DNA of 64,000 nucleotides from an uncultured Acidobacteriota bacterium (GCA_963839865.1 CAWIWS010000020.1:569814-633813); one strand, 5' to 3'. Shown: positions 38,029 to 48,531, counted from the first letter of the stretch. The notes: generated by a model not told the origin, from the letters alone. Numbers and translations: made by a program.

Positions 38029-39220
38029 GATGCTCGACCAGGATGACGCGAAGACGCCGCGGCCCCTGAGGCAGCGACGCCTGGAATCCATCGACGTCGT
38101 CCGCGGCGCCATCATGATCCTGATGGCCCTCGACCACGTCCGCGACTTCTTCGGCGTGCCCGGCGTGAATCCCGTCAACGTGGCGCAGACCACGGTGGCG
38201 CTGTTCATGACGCGCTGGGTGACGCACTTCTGCGCGCCGGTGTTCTTCCTGCTGACCGGCACCGGCGCATTCCTGTCCCGGCGCGACAAGCTCCACCCGC
38301 GAGCTGTCGCGATTCCTGTTCACACGGGGCCTGTGGTTGATCGTCCTCGAGCTCACCGTCGTCCGCTGCTTCGCGTACCAGTTCAACGTGGATTACCAGG
38401 TCACGATGCTCCTGGTGCTGTGGGCGCTTGGGTGGTCCATGATCGCGCTCGCGGCGCTGGTGTGGCTGCCAGCGCCCATCGTCACGGCGATCGGCATCGC
38501 GATGATTGCGACCCACAACCTGCTGGATGGCGTGCGCTTCGCCGACCCGCTGTGGGCCATCCTGCATGCGCCCGGGGTTCGTGCTGTCCGGTCCGAACGT
38601 GGTGTTCGCGTCCTATCCCCTCATCCCGTGGATCGGCGTGACGGCGGCCGGCTACGGGCTTGGAGAGGTCTATCGATGGGAGGCCGCGCGCCGGCGGAGC
38701 GCTTCTCGCATGGCTGGGCGCGGGCCTCTCCCTTGGCTTCATCGCCCTTCGCGCGCTGAATGTTTACGGCGAGCCGTCGCGATGGGCGACGCAAGATGCG
38801 ACCGCGATGACAATGGTCTCGTTCCTGAACACGACCAAGTACCCGCCGTCACTGCTCTTCCTCCTGATGACGCTCGGGCCCGCGTTGCTCTTCCTCCGCG
38901 CGGTGGATGGCGGGACGCCGCGGTTCCTGCGGCCGGCCCTCGTGTACGGCAAGGTGCCGATGTTCTACTACGTGCTGCATTTCGCGCTCGTTCACGCGCT
39001 GGCCGTGCTCGCATGCTACGCGCGGTACGGCACGGCGCACTGGATGTTCGAGTCGCCCAACCTCGGGCAGTACCCGTTCACCGCGCCGCCCAACTGGGGA
39101 TGGCCGCTGCCGGTCGTGTATGCGATCTGGATGCTGGTGGTGGTGGCGCTATATCCCGCGTGCCGGTGGTTTGCGGCGGTCAAGCAGCGCCGGCGCGAGG
39201 CGTGGCTCAGTTACCTCTGA
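38029..39220 (+). CDS. DUF1624 (heparan-alpha-glucosaminide N-acetyltransferase-like) integral membrane protein, 3 apparent +1 frameshifts
   Basis: RLESIDVVRGAIMILMALDHVRDFF...FMTRWVTHFCAPVFFLLTGTGAF, continued in frames 0, 1, 2 up to ...YPACRWFAAVKQRRREAWLSYL. Confidence 0.6.
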
Positions 39221-39235
39221 CGCGCGGCCGCGCGG

Positions 39236-39611
39236 TCAATTCTCGGCCAGGTGCCCGTTCCAGCCCACCCAGGCAAATCGCCAGGCGCCGTCCTCTGTCT
39301 TCTTGAAGACGTGGACGAACCGGAACTGCGAGGACACGAGCTGCCCGCCGACCTCGCGGGTCCAGATGCCGACACCCGCGCCGGTGGCGAAGCGCCACGG
39401 ACCTCGATCCGATCAAAGGTGAAAGTGAAGGTCTTCAGTTCCGGCAACGTGTCGAGGAACGGCACAGGGCCAGGCCGGAGGCCGCCGGAGCATCGGCCGG
39501 GGAAAAGACGACGTCGGTGGTGCACAGGGCCAGCAGCGCGTCCCAGTCCCGATCAAGCGAGGCCTGAATCCATGGGGTGGCGGTGGCTCGTATCGCGGCG
39601 GTGTCGTCCAT
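39236..39611 (-). CDS. SnoaL-like / NTF2-fold (DUF4440-like) protein, frameshifted
   Basis: MDDTAAIRATATPWIQASLDRDWDALLALCTTDVVFSP... then LPELKTFTFTFDRIE... and ...QFRFVHVFKKTEDGAWRFAWVGWNGHLAEN in other frames. Confidence 0.45.
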
Positions 39612-39776
39612 ACCCTCCCCTTTCGGTTGCTCAGAATAAGGGGCGGTCCGGAGGGTGTCTGGTACACCGGACGCAGGTTCATGCGCCCTTTACGCGTTGA
39701 AGATGGCCTGACGCCGCGCCTATCGCCTGACCGAAGGACCGCCGGGTCATCGGGACATGGCCAAAGGGGCGCGTGC

Positions 39777-40358
39777 TCATTCGGTGTCAAACCATCCTCT
39801 CTGTCTGACTTCTTCGAGACGAGCTTCGAGGTAGTCCCACAGCGCTGGGCATCCGGCCACGATCGGCGGCCCGACGCGACGCACGACGCGGTCGTGCGTG
39901 ATGCCGTTCTCGCGCCAGCTCTGCCCGTTGTTGGCGAGGTTGAGCAGGACCGGCATCGCGCGGTCGGCGGCATGGGCGAAGCGCGCCTCCGCGGTTTCGG
40001 CCGCCTCGAATTCCTGCCAGAGCGCCATGAACCGATCGCCGTGCTGTGACGGGAGCATCCCGAAGATCCGCGTCACCGCGGCCAACTCGGCGGCCTTGCG
40101 CTCCTCCCAGCCGTGCTCGGCGTAGACCATCGTGTCGCCGGTGTCGATCTCGCCGATGTCGTGCACGAGGAGCATCTCGATCACGCGGTTGATGTCGACC
40201 GGTTGGTCGGCGTAGTGCGCCATCGACGCGGCGAGCAGCGCAATCTGCCAGCTGTGCTCGGCGGAGTTCTCGTAGCGATCGAGGCCGAGCGGACGCGTTT
40301 TGCGCGTCACGCCCTTGAGCTTGTCCAGTTCCAGAATGAAGTCGACGATCTGCTGCAT
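39777..40358 (-). CDS. HD-domain phosphohydrolase (YfbR-like 5'-nucleotidase family)
   Basis: ENSAEHSWQIALLA...LLVHDIGEIDTGD...EARFAHAADR. Intact. Confidence 0.7.
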   Translation of the reverse strand: MQQIVDFILELDKLKGVTRKTRPLGLDRYENSAEHSWQIALLAASMAHYADQPVDINRVIEMLLVHDIGEIDTGDTMVYAEHGWEERKAAELAAVTRIFGMLPSQHGDRFMALWQEFEAAETAEARFAHAADRAMPVLLNLANNGQSWRENGITHDRVVRRVGPPIVAGCPALWDYLEARLEEVRQRGWFDTE

Positions 40359-40379
40359 GGTCGTGCCCTTGGAGGTTGG

Positions 40380-40910
40380 CTATCCGACGAGGTGGCGATA
40401 GTACACCGTCGTGGCGCAGAACCCGCCCTGGGGATACAACGCGTAGTTCGGAATCACGCCGACGCGGGTCCAGCCGAGGCGCTCGTAGAGGCGCGCGGCA
40501 TCGCCATCGGTGACGGCGTCGAGGACGAGGAGCGTCTTGCCACATTCGCGCGCCGTGTCCTCGGCGGCCTTCATCAGCGCCGCCCCCAGGCCCTGGCGGC
40601 GGACCCGCCGATGCACCTGCATCTTCGCGAGGTCGGCGCGGTGCGGCTGGTTCTCGGGGAGGTCGAAGATCAACTGCACGGTGCCGCAGATCCCCTGGGC
40701 ATCCTCGGCGACGAGCAACGCGCGCTCACCCGCGGTCACGCCCTTCGCGACGCGGCGCCAGAAGGCCACGGCGCGCTCGCGCGTCAGCGGCTGCATGAAG
40801 CCAATCGATGCGCCGCCCTCGACGCAGTCGATCATCACGTCGGCAAGCGCCTCGATTTGTTGCTCATCGACGGCGTGCAGACGCCGTATCTCCCATCCTG
40901 ATGTGCTCAT
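40380..40910 (-). CDS. GNAT-family N-acetyltransferase
   Basis: The acetyl-CoA motif region VHRRVRRQGLGAALMKAAEDTARECG is typical of GNAT motif A. Intact. Confidence 0.7.
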   Translation of the reverse strand: MSTSGWEIRRLHAVDEQQIEALADVMIDCVEGGASIGFMQPLTRERAVAFWRRVAKGVTAGERALLVAEDAQGICGTVQLIFDLPENQPHRADLAKMQVHRRVRRQGLGAALMKAAEDTARECGKTLLVLDAVTDGDAARLYERLGWTRVGVIPNYALYPQGGFCATTVYYRHLVG

Positions 40911-40919
40911 CGTCTTGCC

Positions 40920-41531
40920 TCAAGATGCCGCACCGTCATGGCGCGACAGGCGCGTGGTGAGGTGGCGCTTCACGTCCGGCCACTCGGCGGCCAGGATACT
41001 GAAGAGCACCGTGTCGCGCACGGTGCCGTCGCGCCGGGCCTGGTGATGCCGGATGACGCCGTCCTTCTTCGCGCCGATTCCGGCGATGGCGCGCTGGCTC
41101 GCAAAATTGAAGTTGTCCGTGCGGAGCCCGACGACGGCGCACCCCAGGTCCTCGAACGCGTGCGAGAGGAGCAGCAGCTTGCACCCGGTGTTGACATGGC
41201 TGCGCTGGCACCGCGCCGCGTACCAGGTGTAGCCGATCTCGACGCGATCAACGTCGGGGACGATGTCGTGATAGCGGGTGCTGCCGACGATGTCGCCGGA
41301 GGCCAGGTCTCGAACGGCCCACGGCAGCATGTGTCCAGCCTGCGCGCCGGCCAGGGCAGCCGTGATGTACGCGCCGGTCTGGCCGGGCGTCGGAACCGAG
41401 GTGAACCAGAGCTCCCAAAGCCGGCCATCCGTGGCGGCGGACGCCAGGCCGTCGTGATGCGCCATCGACAAGGGCTCGAGTCGAACGCCATGGCCTTCGA
41501 GTGTCACGGGCGCGGGTGCGATCATGGCCAC
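40920..41531 (-). CDS. GNAT-family N-acetyltransferase (RimJ/RimL-like)
   Basis: VRLEPLSMAHHDGL...RVEIGYTWYAARCQRSHVNTGCKLLLLSHAFEDLGCAVVGLRTDNFNFASQRAIAGIGAKKDGVIR. Intact. Confidence 0.7.
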   Translation of the reverse strand: MAMIAPAPVTLEGHGVRLEPLSMAHHDGLASAATDGRLWELWFTSVPTPGQTGAYITAALAGAQAGHMLPWAVRDLASGDIVGSTRYHDIVPDVDRVEIGYTWYAARCQRSHVNTGCKLLLLSHAFEDLGCAVVGLRTDNFNFASQRAIAGIGAKKDGVIRHHQARRDGTVRDTVLFSILAAEWPDVKRHLTTRLSRHDGAAS

Positions 41532-41564
41532 TACCTTAATATGCGGGCCGCGCGCGTGTCAGCC

Positions 41565-41966
41565 TCATGCGCCGGGTCCGCGCGACAGCGAATGACCGAT
41601 CATGATCCGGTGGCCGTCCACTGTGCGCAAACCGAACTCGCGCATCCCCCAGGGCTTGTCCTCGATCACCGACAGCAGTTCAGCGCCTTTGGCCTCGAGA
41701 TCCTCGTAGTAGGCTTCGGCATCCGCCACGCGAAGATAGGCGAAGTAACTGTGGCATCCGAGTTCGCTCGCCGCGAGATCGTCCGGGCACTCGCCGAGCA
41801 TGATCATGCAGCCGTCCCGGGCGACGAAGATCCAGCCCTCGGGCTCGGCCACGATCTGAAAGCCCAGCATCCGCATGTAGAAATCGGCGGACCGGCGCAC
41901 GTCGTGGACCGCGAGCACGTAGTGGTTCTGCAGGATCTGTGACATGAGATCGTCTCCCTGCATCAA
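41565..41966 (-). CDS. VOC / glyoxalase-bleomycin-resistance family protein
   Basis: HYVLAVHDVRRSADFYMRMLGF...AYLRVADAEAYYEDLEAKGAELLSVIEDKPWGMREFGLRTVDGHRIMIG. Intact. Confidence 0.7.
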   Translation of the reverse strand: MMQGDDLMSQILQNHYVLAVHDVRRSADFYMRMLGFQIVAEPEGWIFVARDGCMIMLGECPDDLAASELGCHSYFAYLRVADAEAYYEDLEAKGAELLSVIEDKPWGMREFGLRTVDGHRIMIGHSLSRGPGA

Positions 41967-41968
41967 GG

Positions 41969-42730
41969 CTAATCTCCCAAACGCCGTTCCGACAATCTCG
42001 CGCGGTCGTCGCTCTCGAGATAGTCGGCGATCTCTTTGGCCGGTGCTTCCGGCGGCACGAGCCTGCCCTCCACGGCCAGTTGCTTGAAGAAGCCGACGAT
42101 GGGGAGTGATTCGACGGTGCTCGCGCGGACGGTCGCCTGCATCGCCGTGTCCACGACACCGGGCTCATACGAGAGGATGGTAGCGTCTGGATGGGGGCCG
42201 CCTGGCCGATCCGGTGAATCGAGCTCGCTCGCGAGGACCATGCCGGCCATCCGCAGCGCGGCCTTCGTGCTGCAGTAGACACCGAGTCCGGGGAACGCCG
42301 CCACCGCTGCGCCGGAGGACACGTTGACAATCCGAAGCGCGACGTCCCTCGCGGCGTGACCCACGACCCAACCCATCAACCACGTTGGCGCCGTGAGGTT
42401 CGCGGCGCAGACCCTTTGCATCTGGACGGGATCAATATGCGTGACCGGACCAAGCAGGCCCGGGTCCGCGGCGCAGTTGACCAGGCCAATCCGGCTCGGG
42501 GCGCGGCTCGGGAGACGAGGGCCGATCTCCGCAGTCACCCTGGCGGCGAGGCCACCGGTGTCGGACAAGTCGATGCGCACGTGAACGTAGCGGGGACTGC
42601 CGACCGTCGCGGGTCGCCTCGACATGCCAACGACCTGCCACTCCCGCTTCACGAGCTCGAGGGCCACGGCCTCGCCAATCCCGGAACTCGTGCCGGTGAC
42701 GAGGGCGATCCGGGTTGAAGGGTCAGACAC
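41969..42730 (-). CDS. SDR-family oxidoreductase
   Basis: IALVTGTSSGIGEAVALEL (TGxxxGIG) and the catalytic YCSTKAAL (YxxxK). Intact. Confidence 0.8.
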   Translation of the reverse strand: MSDPSTRIALVTGTSSGIGEAVALELVKREWQVVGMSRRPATVGSPRYVHVRIDLSDTGGLAARVTAEIGPRLPSRAPSRIGLVNCAADPGLLGPVTHIDPVQMQRVCAANLTAPTWLMGWVVGHAARDVALRIVNVSSGAAVAAFPGLGVYCSTKAALRMAGMVLASELDSPDRPGGPHPDATILSYEPGVVDTAMQATVRASTVESLPIVGFFKQLAVEGRLVPPEAPAKEIADYLESDDRARLSERRLGD

Positions 42731-42933
42731 CTGGGCACTCCATATCGAGGGATCGGCGACGAGCGTGAGCGGAGCTTACAAGAAAATCGGGCGCGCGGTC
42801 AGCCGCGCGCCCGTCGAGCGTTCCGGTCGGAGAATGCCAGGCTACGGCAGACGCAGGACCTGGCCGGGCTTGATCTTGTCGGGGTCGGCCAGCTGGGTGG
42901 CGGAGTGTCCTGTTTTGATCACCCAGTTCTCTA

Positions 42934-43857
42934 TTACCGCCCCGCGACGCAGCGTTCGGGGTTGACGGCCTTGGGCAGCACCAGCGGCGCCGCCGTGACG
43001 GCGCCGGCGAGCTGGTCGAAGGCGATTTGCTGCAGCGACCTGGCTTCCGGGCGGGAGAGTCCCAGTTCGTAGGCCGAGCACTCGTTCTCGCCGAGCGAGC
43101 GCGGGTCGCGTCCGGTGACGCTGCCGAAGATGACGAGCGCCTCGAGGTAGTACCCGTGCGTGCTCGCGTGGTAGTTGTCGTAGGTCCAGAGGTCGAGCTT
43201 CCCCGCCTCGATGCCGTCGTAAGGATTGGCGTCGGCGACGCCGCTCTGGATCGCGCGCGTAAAGGCTTCGCCGACCGGGATCACCGCCCTGGCCGCGGCC
43301 GCGCCGGCGGCCTTATCGTAGGCCGCGCGCACGTCGCGGGCCATCGCCTCTATGGGCTGGCCGGCCCACGCGCCCTTTGCCGGGTACGTCTCATCCGCGC
43401 GCGACCATGTCGACATCAGATACAGCGAGACGTTCGGGTTGCGGGTCCGAAGGAAGTCCGCCATCTGCTTGCTCGTGGCGATGAGCTTCGCTGGATCGCG
43501 GGGCTTGTCGGCATCCAGCGTGCTGTAGCCGTGCATCACCACCGTGTCCCAACTGCGCCGGCCGATCACCCCGCGTTTGTTGTCGAGGTGAAAGTCCAAT
43601 CCGCTGCCGCCGCGGGTCTCGAGCGACACGTCGTAGTCGAGACCCGCCTGCTGCGTGAAGGACTTGAACAGCGCGGGCACGCCGCCGATGCCTTCGTTGT
43701 TGAGATCGGTCACCGTGTCGGCGCGATAGAACCGAACGGCCGATCCGGAACCGAAGAGGAAGCTGTTGCCGATGAACAGCACGCTCTCGCCAGACGCGGC
43801 GGCCGTCGTGCCCAACGCCAGCATCACGCTGGCGACTACTGCCGATGTGAACTTCAT
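42934..43857 (-). CDS. secreted SGNH/GDSL-like hydrolase-fold protein
   Basis: Signal peptide, then VLFIGNSFLFGSGS (block I GxSx) and WDTVVMHGYS. Intact 307 aa. Family assignment is tentative. Confidence 0.5.
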   Translation of the reverse strand: MKFTSAVVASVMLALGTTAAASGESVLFIGNSFLFGSGSAVRFYRADTVTDLNNEGIGGVPALFKSFTQQAGLDYDVSLETRGGSGLDFHLDNKRGVIGRRSWDTVVMHGYSTLDADKPRDPAKLIATSKQMADFLRTRNPNVSLYLMSTWSRADETYPAKGAWAGQPIEAMARDVRAAYDKAAGAAAARAVIPVGEAFTRAIQSGVADANPYDGIEAGKLDLWTYDNYHASTHGYYLEALVIFGSVTGRDPRSLGENECSAYELGLSRPEARSLQQIAFDQLAGAVTAAPLVLPKAVNPERCVAGR

Positions 43858-43881
43858 GACACCTCCTCAGGCCGACCGACG

Positions 43882-44274
43882 TTACCGGACCAGTCCGCGC
43901 CCACCAATCGGTGCCGTCTCGAAGCGCTCGCCAAAACCGCTGATGAGCGGACGGCCCTTCGCGATGGCCCGCTGGACGGACGGCAGCTTCAGCGACGCCT
44001 GGTGGCTTTCCGGGCTGTCCCAGGCTTCCGTAATCCAGATCGCGTCCGGGTCAGTGGCGTCTTGCGCCACGACGTAGCTCAGGCAGCCCGGCATGTCCGC
44101 GGAGCTCTCGAGGAGGATCGCGATCAGGGCATCACGCTGCCCTGGCGCAGCCTTCATCTTGCCGATCAACCCGTACATCTTCGTTTCTCCCTTGAGCCTG
44201 GCAGGATAGACGACCGCCGCGGCGATCGCCGTGGAACTGATGACTTCAACAAATTCTCGACGGGAAAGATTCAT
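43882..44274 (-). CDS. antibiotic-biosynthesis-monooxygenase (ABM) domain protein with Tat-like leader
   Basis: SRREFVEV leader. MYGLIGKMKAAPGQRDALIAILLES...CLSYVVAQDATDPDAIWITEAWDSPESHQASL is typical of the ABM fold. Confidence 0.6.
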   Translation of the reverse strand: MNLSRREFVEVISSTAIAAAVVYPARLKGETKMYGLIGKMKAAPGQRDALIAILLESSADMPGCLSYVVAQDATDPDAIWITEAWDSPESHQASLKLPSVQRAIAKGRPLISGFGERFETAPIGGRGLVR

Positions 44275-44763
44275 AGGCGCGACCCTCGTGATTGCCCGAT
44301 GGCCCGGCGCTGCCGCAACACCTCGTAGGCCGCCACCGCGACGCTCGTCGACAGGTTGAGCGACCGCACGCGCGGCGACAGGATGGGCATCGTCACGAAC
44401 CGATCGCGATAGCGCTCGTGGAGTTCGGCCGGCAACCCGCCGGTTTCGCGCCCGAAGATGAGGACGACTCCCTCTTCATCGCCGAGTGGCGCGTCCCAGA
44501 ACATCCGCGTCGCCTTCGTCGAGAAGAAGTAGGGTTCGCCGAGCGCCGGGAGTTGCTGCCTCGAAGGCGCTCCAGCTCGGCCAGACCCGCAGATCGACGT
44601 GCTCCCAGTAGTCGAGCCCGGCGCGCTTGACCTGCTTCTCGTCGAGCGAGAAGCCGAGCGGCTCGATCAGGTGCAGGGTCGCGCCGACCGCGAGGCACGT
44701 GCGGCCGGCGTTCCCGGTGTTCCAGTGGATTTCGGGATGGACGAGTACGACATGTATGGCCAA
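44271..44763 (-). CDS. trmL: tRNA (cytidine/uridine-2'-O)-methyltransferase TrmL (SpoU/TrmH family), about 2 apparent frameshifts
   Basis: IHVVLVHPEIHWNTGNAGRTCLAVGATLHLIEPLGFSLDEKQVKRAGLDYW and LIFGRETGGLPAEL...MPILSPRVRSLNLSTSVAVAAYEVLRQ. Putative TTG start at 44763. Confidence 0.75.
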
Positions 44764-44770
44764 TGGCGCT

Positions 44771-45568
44771 CTACCGCTTCTTCCCTTTCGCCGCGGCCCG
44801 GGCGCGGTCCTGCTTGACCCGGAGGCGCGCAAGGCGCGTGATGAGCGCGTACGGGATGGGCTGGTCGAGCGGGAACTTCAGGTTGCCCTTGGGCCCCGCG
44901 TACTTCGCGAGCGCTTTCTTCAGGGCCGCGTCTCCGGACACCGGTGGGTAGAGGCCGATGTGCGCCTTGAAGGCAGCGAAGTAAATCAGGACGCCATGCT
45001 GCTTGAACGCAGGCATGCGGTAGCTGATGGTCTCCTGCGCTCCTGGCGCCGCGGCGCGGATGGCCTTCCGGATCCTGATCAGGATTGGCTGGACCCCGAG
45101 GGGGGCAGCCGCGATGTAGTCGTCGATGCTCCTTGGCGCCGTCGCGCGAACCGGCTTCATCTTCTTCGCCGGTTTCGCCTTGGCGCCGGCGTTGAGGGCG
45201 ACCACCTGGCGAATCAGCGCCTTGAACGCCGACTCATCGACGTCTTCTCCTTCGTGGATGTCGATCGCGCGGCGCGCGTTGCCGTCGAGGCTCGAGTTGA
45301 AGAGACGGGCTGGATCCGTCAGGGACGCGCCCTTCAAGAAGGTGAGCTTCACGACCTTCTTGTAGGACTCGCCGGTGCAGATGATGCCGTCGTGCGACCA
45401 CACCGGCGTGCCCATCCACTTCCACTCCTCGACGACATCCGGGTCGGCTTGCTTGATCAGTCTGCGGAGCCGGGCGAGCATCTTGCCCCGCCAGTCGCCC
45501 AGCTCCTTGATCTTCTCGTCAATCATCCGAGATGGAGACGTTCCGCCCTGAGACCCGCCTTTTTTCAT
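44771..45568 (-). CDS. protein with two DUF1801 (YdhG-like) domains
   Basis: ATG at 45568 preceded by GGAGG. KIKELGDWRGKMLARLRRLIKQADPDVVEEWKWMGTPVWSHDGIICTG and DYIAAAPLGVQPILIRIRKAIRAAAPGAQETISYRMPAFK. Confidence 0.6.
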   Translation of the reverse strand: MKKGGSQGGTSPSRMIDEKIKELGDWRGKMLARLRRLIKQADPDVVEEWKWMGTPVWSHDGIICTGESYKKVVKLTFLKGASLTDPARLFNSSLDGNARRAIDIHEGEDVDESAFKALIRQVVALNAGAKAKPAKKMKPVRATAPRSIDDYIAAAPLGVQPILIRIRKAIRAAAPGAQETISYRMPAFKQHGVLIYFAAFKAHIGLYPPVSGDAALKKALAKYAGPKGNLKFPLDQPIPYALITRLARLRVKQDRARAAAKGKKR

Positions 45569-45588
45569 GGGATTTCCACCCTCCAGGT

Positions 45589-46050
45589 TTACAGCCCGAA
45601 CTGCCGAAGATGATGGTCGACGTGGCCGTAGCCCCAGAACAGCCACTCCTCCCGCGTCATCGCGCCGAACCCCGGATGCCGCCCGCGCGGCGAATCGGGT
45701 TGCACGAAGCGACGGATGTGCGCGACGAGCGCCTGTCGGTCGCGCTCGAAGTCGCCGGGCCTGGTCCCACCCCGCTGCGGATCGAGTTCGGGACGCGTGG
45801 GCACGCCGTGCGGCCACGGGAACGACGTGTTGATCGCAATCGACTTGACCACCGTGCGCAGCAGCCAGTTCTCGATGGACGACGCGTCCTTCTCACCGAA
45901 GGCGACGAGAAAGAGGTCCGACAGGTGCACGAGCATCTCGGGCGCCGACATCCTGCCCCAGCGCCGTCGCGTCGAAGGCTCGAGGCGGCCGAGCCGCTGG
46001 AGCAGCTCGTCGACGTTCGCGGGCTCAACGAGGGAGCGATGAGGATGCAT
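45589..46050 (-). CDS. DinB-superfamily protein (DUF1569-like)
   Basis: RWGRMSAPEMLVHLSD...HPGFGAMTREEWLFWGYGHVDHHLRQFG. Intact. Confidence 0.6.
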   Translation of the reverse strand: MHPHRSLVEPANVDELLQRLGRLEPSTRRRWGRMSAPEMLVHLSDLFLVAFGEKDASSIENWLLRTVVKSIAINTSFPWPHGVPTRPELDPQRGGTRPGDFERDRQALVAHIRRFVQPDSPRGRHPGFGAMTREEWLFWGYGHVDHHLRQFGL

Positions 46051-46629
46051 TCAGGAAGCGCGGAGCGACCGCACCTCGTGGCGAAGCGCCACCATGCCGC
46101 TCTTGTACGCCTTCGCTTCCACAAGGTGCAGGCCGACGTCCCTGTTGAGTCCTGCGAAGAACGGGATCCCTTCGCCGATCAGGACGGGCACGATCGAATA
46201 GCGGACTTCATCGGCCAGCCCGAGGCGAAGGCACTCACCCGCGACGGCGCCACCTCCGACGAACCATATGCTGGGGAACGATGGTTTCAGCCGGTCATTC
46301 ACCAGGCGCGCGAGATCGCCCGAATAGAACTCGACGGTATCCCTGGTCTTCGGCAAGTGACGACTGGTCAGGACGAACGTGGGCTTGTCGCCGTAAGACC
46401 AGCCGAACCCCCTGGCTTCGAAATCCAGGGCGGTCTCGTAGGTGCGTGAGCCCATGACATAGCAGTCGATCGTCTCGAGGAACGCCTGGACGAACTCCGG
46501 GGTCATCGTGTCCCCGCTCTCACACGTGTCTGCGGTCTCCAGCCAGTCCACGCGCCCGTCCTTTCGGGCAATGAACCCGTCCAGGCTGGCCACCATGTGG
46601 ATGGTGACGCAGCATCCCTTGCTCGCCAT
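46051..46629 (-). CDS. dihydrofolate-reductase-like (RibD C-terminal domain) family protein
   Basis: VASLDGFIARKDGRVDWL...YVMGSRTYE...IWFVGGGAVAGECLRLGLADEVRYSIVPVLIGEGIPFF. Intact. Confidence 0.7.
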   Translation of the reverse strand: MASKGCCVTIHMVASLDGFIARKDGRVDWLETADTCESGDTMTPEFVQAFLETIDCYVMGSRTYETALDFEARGFGWSYGDKPTFVLTSRHLPKTRDTVEFYSGDLARLVNDRLKPSFPSIWFVGGGAVAGECLRLGLADEVRYSIVPVLIGEGIPFFAGLNRDVGLHLVEAKAYKSGMVALRHEVRSLRAS

Positions 46630-46662
46630 GATTACCCCTCCGTTTGGAGTGGGAGTTTACCG

Positions 46663-47575
46663 TCAGGGTTCTCCGGCACTCAACCTCCCAGGGGTTACGC
46701 GGGACGCGTTCGCGACGGCCGGCGCCGCCCACGCGCGACTGGATCCGAGATCCAGCGTGAAGATCCAGTCCTGGATGAAGGCTGCCCCGAGCATGCCGTC
46801 ATAGATCATGTCCCGTGTCCTGATCGGCTGTCGAATCGGCCCAAGGCCGTCGATCTCGATGAGCCCTTGGCCCTGGTTGTCCACGAGACCGGCCATCCGG
46901 GCCACGTGCGGCGCCACCAGCGCGGGGTCGCCATTGCCGGAATCAAGCAGGAGCCACGCGCGGCGCCCACCCGCTCGGGCCGCGATGTACACGGTGGTCT
47001 CGGCTCCCGTCGGCCCTGTGGCCACCCTGATCGTGAGCGGCCGCATGCCTCTGGTCCGTTCCGCAAGGCTGTTGGCCGACTCGATCGTGATCCTCCCCGC
47101 GGCGAGGTCAATTGTCACCGGTCGATCGCGAAATGACCGCAAAGACACCACGCCGTCGGCCGGGGGCGCGCCCTTGGGCAGGATCGACCTGAGATCGAAC
47201 ACCCCGACACGCTGATGGGCGATCGCGACATCCCCCAGCCGCAGCAGCACATCGTCGCAGTACTCGAATGCGACCTGCTCGCCGCCTGCGCGAAATCCAA
47301 TCGCGCGGCCGTACGGCGTGCAACCGATCGCCGACGCGACCTCCGGCGTGATGATGGTCTCACCGCCACCGGTGTCGAAGATGAACGGATGCGCAGTGTC
47401 CGCGACGGTCACCACCATCGATCGCAACGGGCCTGCATAGACTGAGAGTTGGATGGTCGCCGGGCGGTCGCCGGGACGTGGCGCCACTACGGGGCTGTCT
47501 GGGTGAGCACATCCGGCGATCGCGGCTGCGAGAATGGCCGGAAGCGCCAACCTCCATGTCCCCCTCGCAATTGTC
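46663..47575 (-). CDS. retropepsin-like aspartic protease, probable lipoprotein (start uncertain, no ATG; TTG 47550 possible)
   Basis: Lipobox-like ILAAAIAGC and two Asp-protease motifs, FIFDTGGGETII and LLLDSGNGDPAL. Confidence 0.55.
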
Positions 47576-48059
47576 AGAACAATCCCCAGCGCTTGACGCG
47601 GGATTTGTACACCTCGTAGTCCGTGCCGTGAGCGAGGAGGAGACGCTTCTCCTCGGTCGGGACGATGTAGAGGGCCAGAAAGAGAAAGAACAGCGGGCCG
47701 TGCAGAAGGAGGGGATCGAGGGTCCCGAAGAGGAGAGTCAGGCCGACAAACGGGAGGAAGTCGAAGAGGTAGAAGGGATTCCGCGCCGCGGAGAAGGGGA
47801 ACTCCGTGATCAGTTCCCTGGCGTGCTCCTTGAACATGGGACTTGCGCGGTGTCTGGCGAAGAACTTGAACATCCAGATCTTGCTGGCGAGGAATGCCAC
47901 GACGCACGGCACAAAGAGGGCCCAGCCGAGAGGCGTCGCGGATGGGGGAGTGCGCAGGACGGGAAGGAGCCACACCCCGAACGCCCATTGCGCCAGAATG
48001 ACCAGCAACTGGATGACGAACATTTGGGGCGGCTGGATCCCGACTTCTCGATTAGCCAT
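47574..48059 (-). CDS. isoprenylcysteine carboxyl / phospholipid methyltransferase-family membrane protein
   Basis: TM-rich. SAARNPFYLFDFLPFVG...IVPTEEKRLLLAHGTDYEVYKSRVKRWG matches the ICMT/PEMT C-terminal signature. Confidence 0.6.
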   Translation of the reverse strand: MANREVGIQPPQMFVIQLLVILAQWAFGVWLLPVLRTPPSATPLGWALFVPCVVAFLASKIWMFKFFARHRASPMFKEHARELITEFPFSAARNPFYLFDFLPFVGLTLLFGTLDPLLLHGPLFFLFLALYIVPTEEKRLLLAHGTDYEVYKSRVKRWGLF

Positions 48060-48096
48060 GGCTGCTCCGGTGTAATCCCATTCGCATCATTGTCAT

Positions 48097-48435
48097 CTAG
48101 GATGGTGTCGAGTGCAGCAACGCCGTTCGCCATCCGGCACTCGACCGACGAAGGATCATGCTCTCGAGCCAGCGACGCTGGCGGCGTCCTTGCTGGTCCG
48201 TGATCTCGGAGGCAAGGAAGTACACGGCGTACGCCAGGAGGGCGCCGTTCTCCAGCAGGAGGTAATCGTCGGTCAGACAGGCGCGATACTTCGCCTTGTC
48301 GAGTCCGCGATAGGCCGCGTAATAGTCCTCAACCGCCCGCTTGATGGCCGGGTCTTCGTCCCGCGACGCGCCGAGTGAAGTGCACGCGCCCGCCACGGCG
48401 AAGCCGGTCGCACCGAGAAAATCCCGACGGTTCAT
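48097..48435 (-). CDS. small Tat-leader SnoaL/DUF4440-like protein
   Basis: MNRRDFLGATGFAVAGA leader. ...ESMILRRSSAGWRTALLHSTP is typical of the DUF4440 C-terminus. Confidence 0.45.
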   Translation of the reverse strand: MNRRDFLGATGFAVAGACTSLGASRDEDPAIKRAVEDYYAAYRGLDKAKYRACLTDDYLLLENGALLAYAVYFLASEITDQQGRRQRRWLESMILRRSSAGWRTALLHSTPS

Positions 48436-48531
48436 GAGCCTTCTCTCCTAGATGCGGATCGTTGTCGCTATGTGGCATCCGACACTGTCTTGCCGTGTGT
48501 TCTTCAGGCGGCGCCACGTGGCGCGCCGACG

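Noticed and set aside
39612-39776. 165-bp intergenic region as a possible small RNA or tRNA
   Set aside because: No cloverleaf-compatible arms, no T-loop consensus (GTTCGAATC-like) and no conserved structure could be recognised by eye.
42842-43081. 79-aa ORF ending in a LysM-like C-terminal half (NWVIKTGHSATQLADPDKIKPGQVLRLP)
   Set aside because: Only half a LysM motif is present, there is no plausible start, and the upstream part overlaps the SGNH gene. It is probably a relic or a frameshifted fragment, so it is not listed as a feature.
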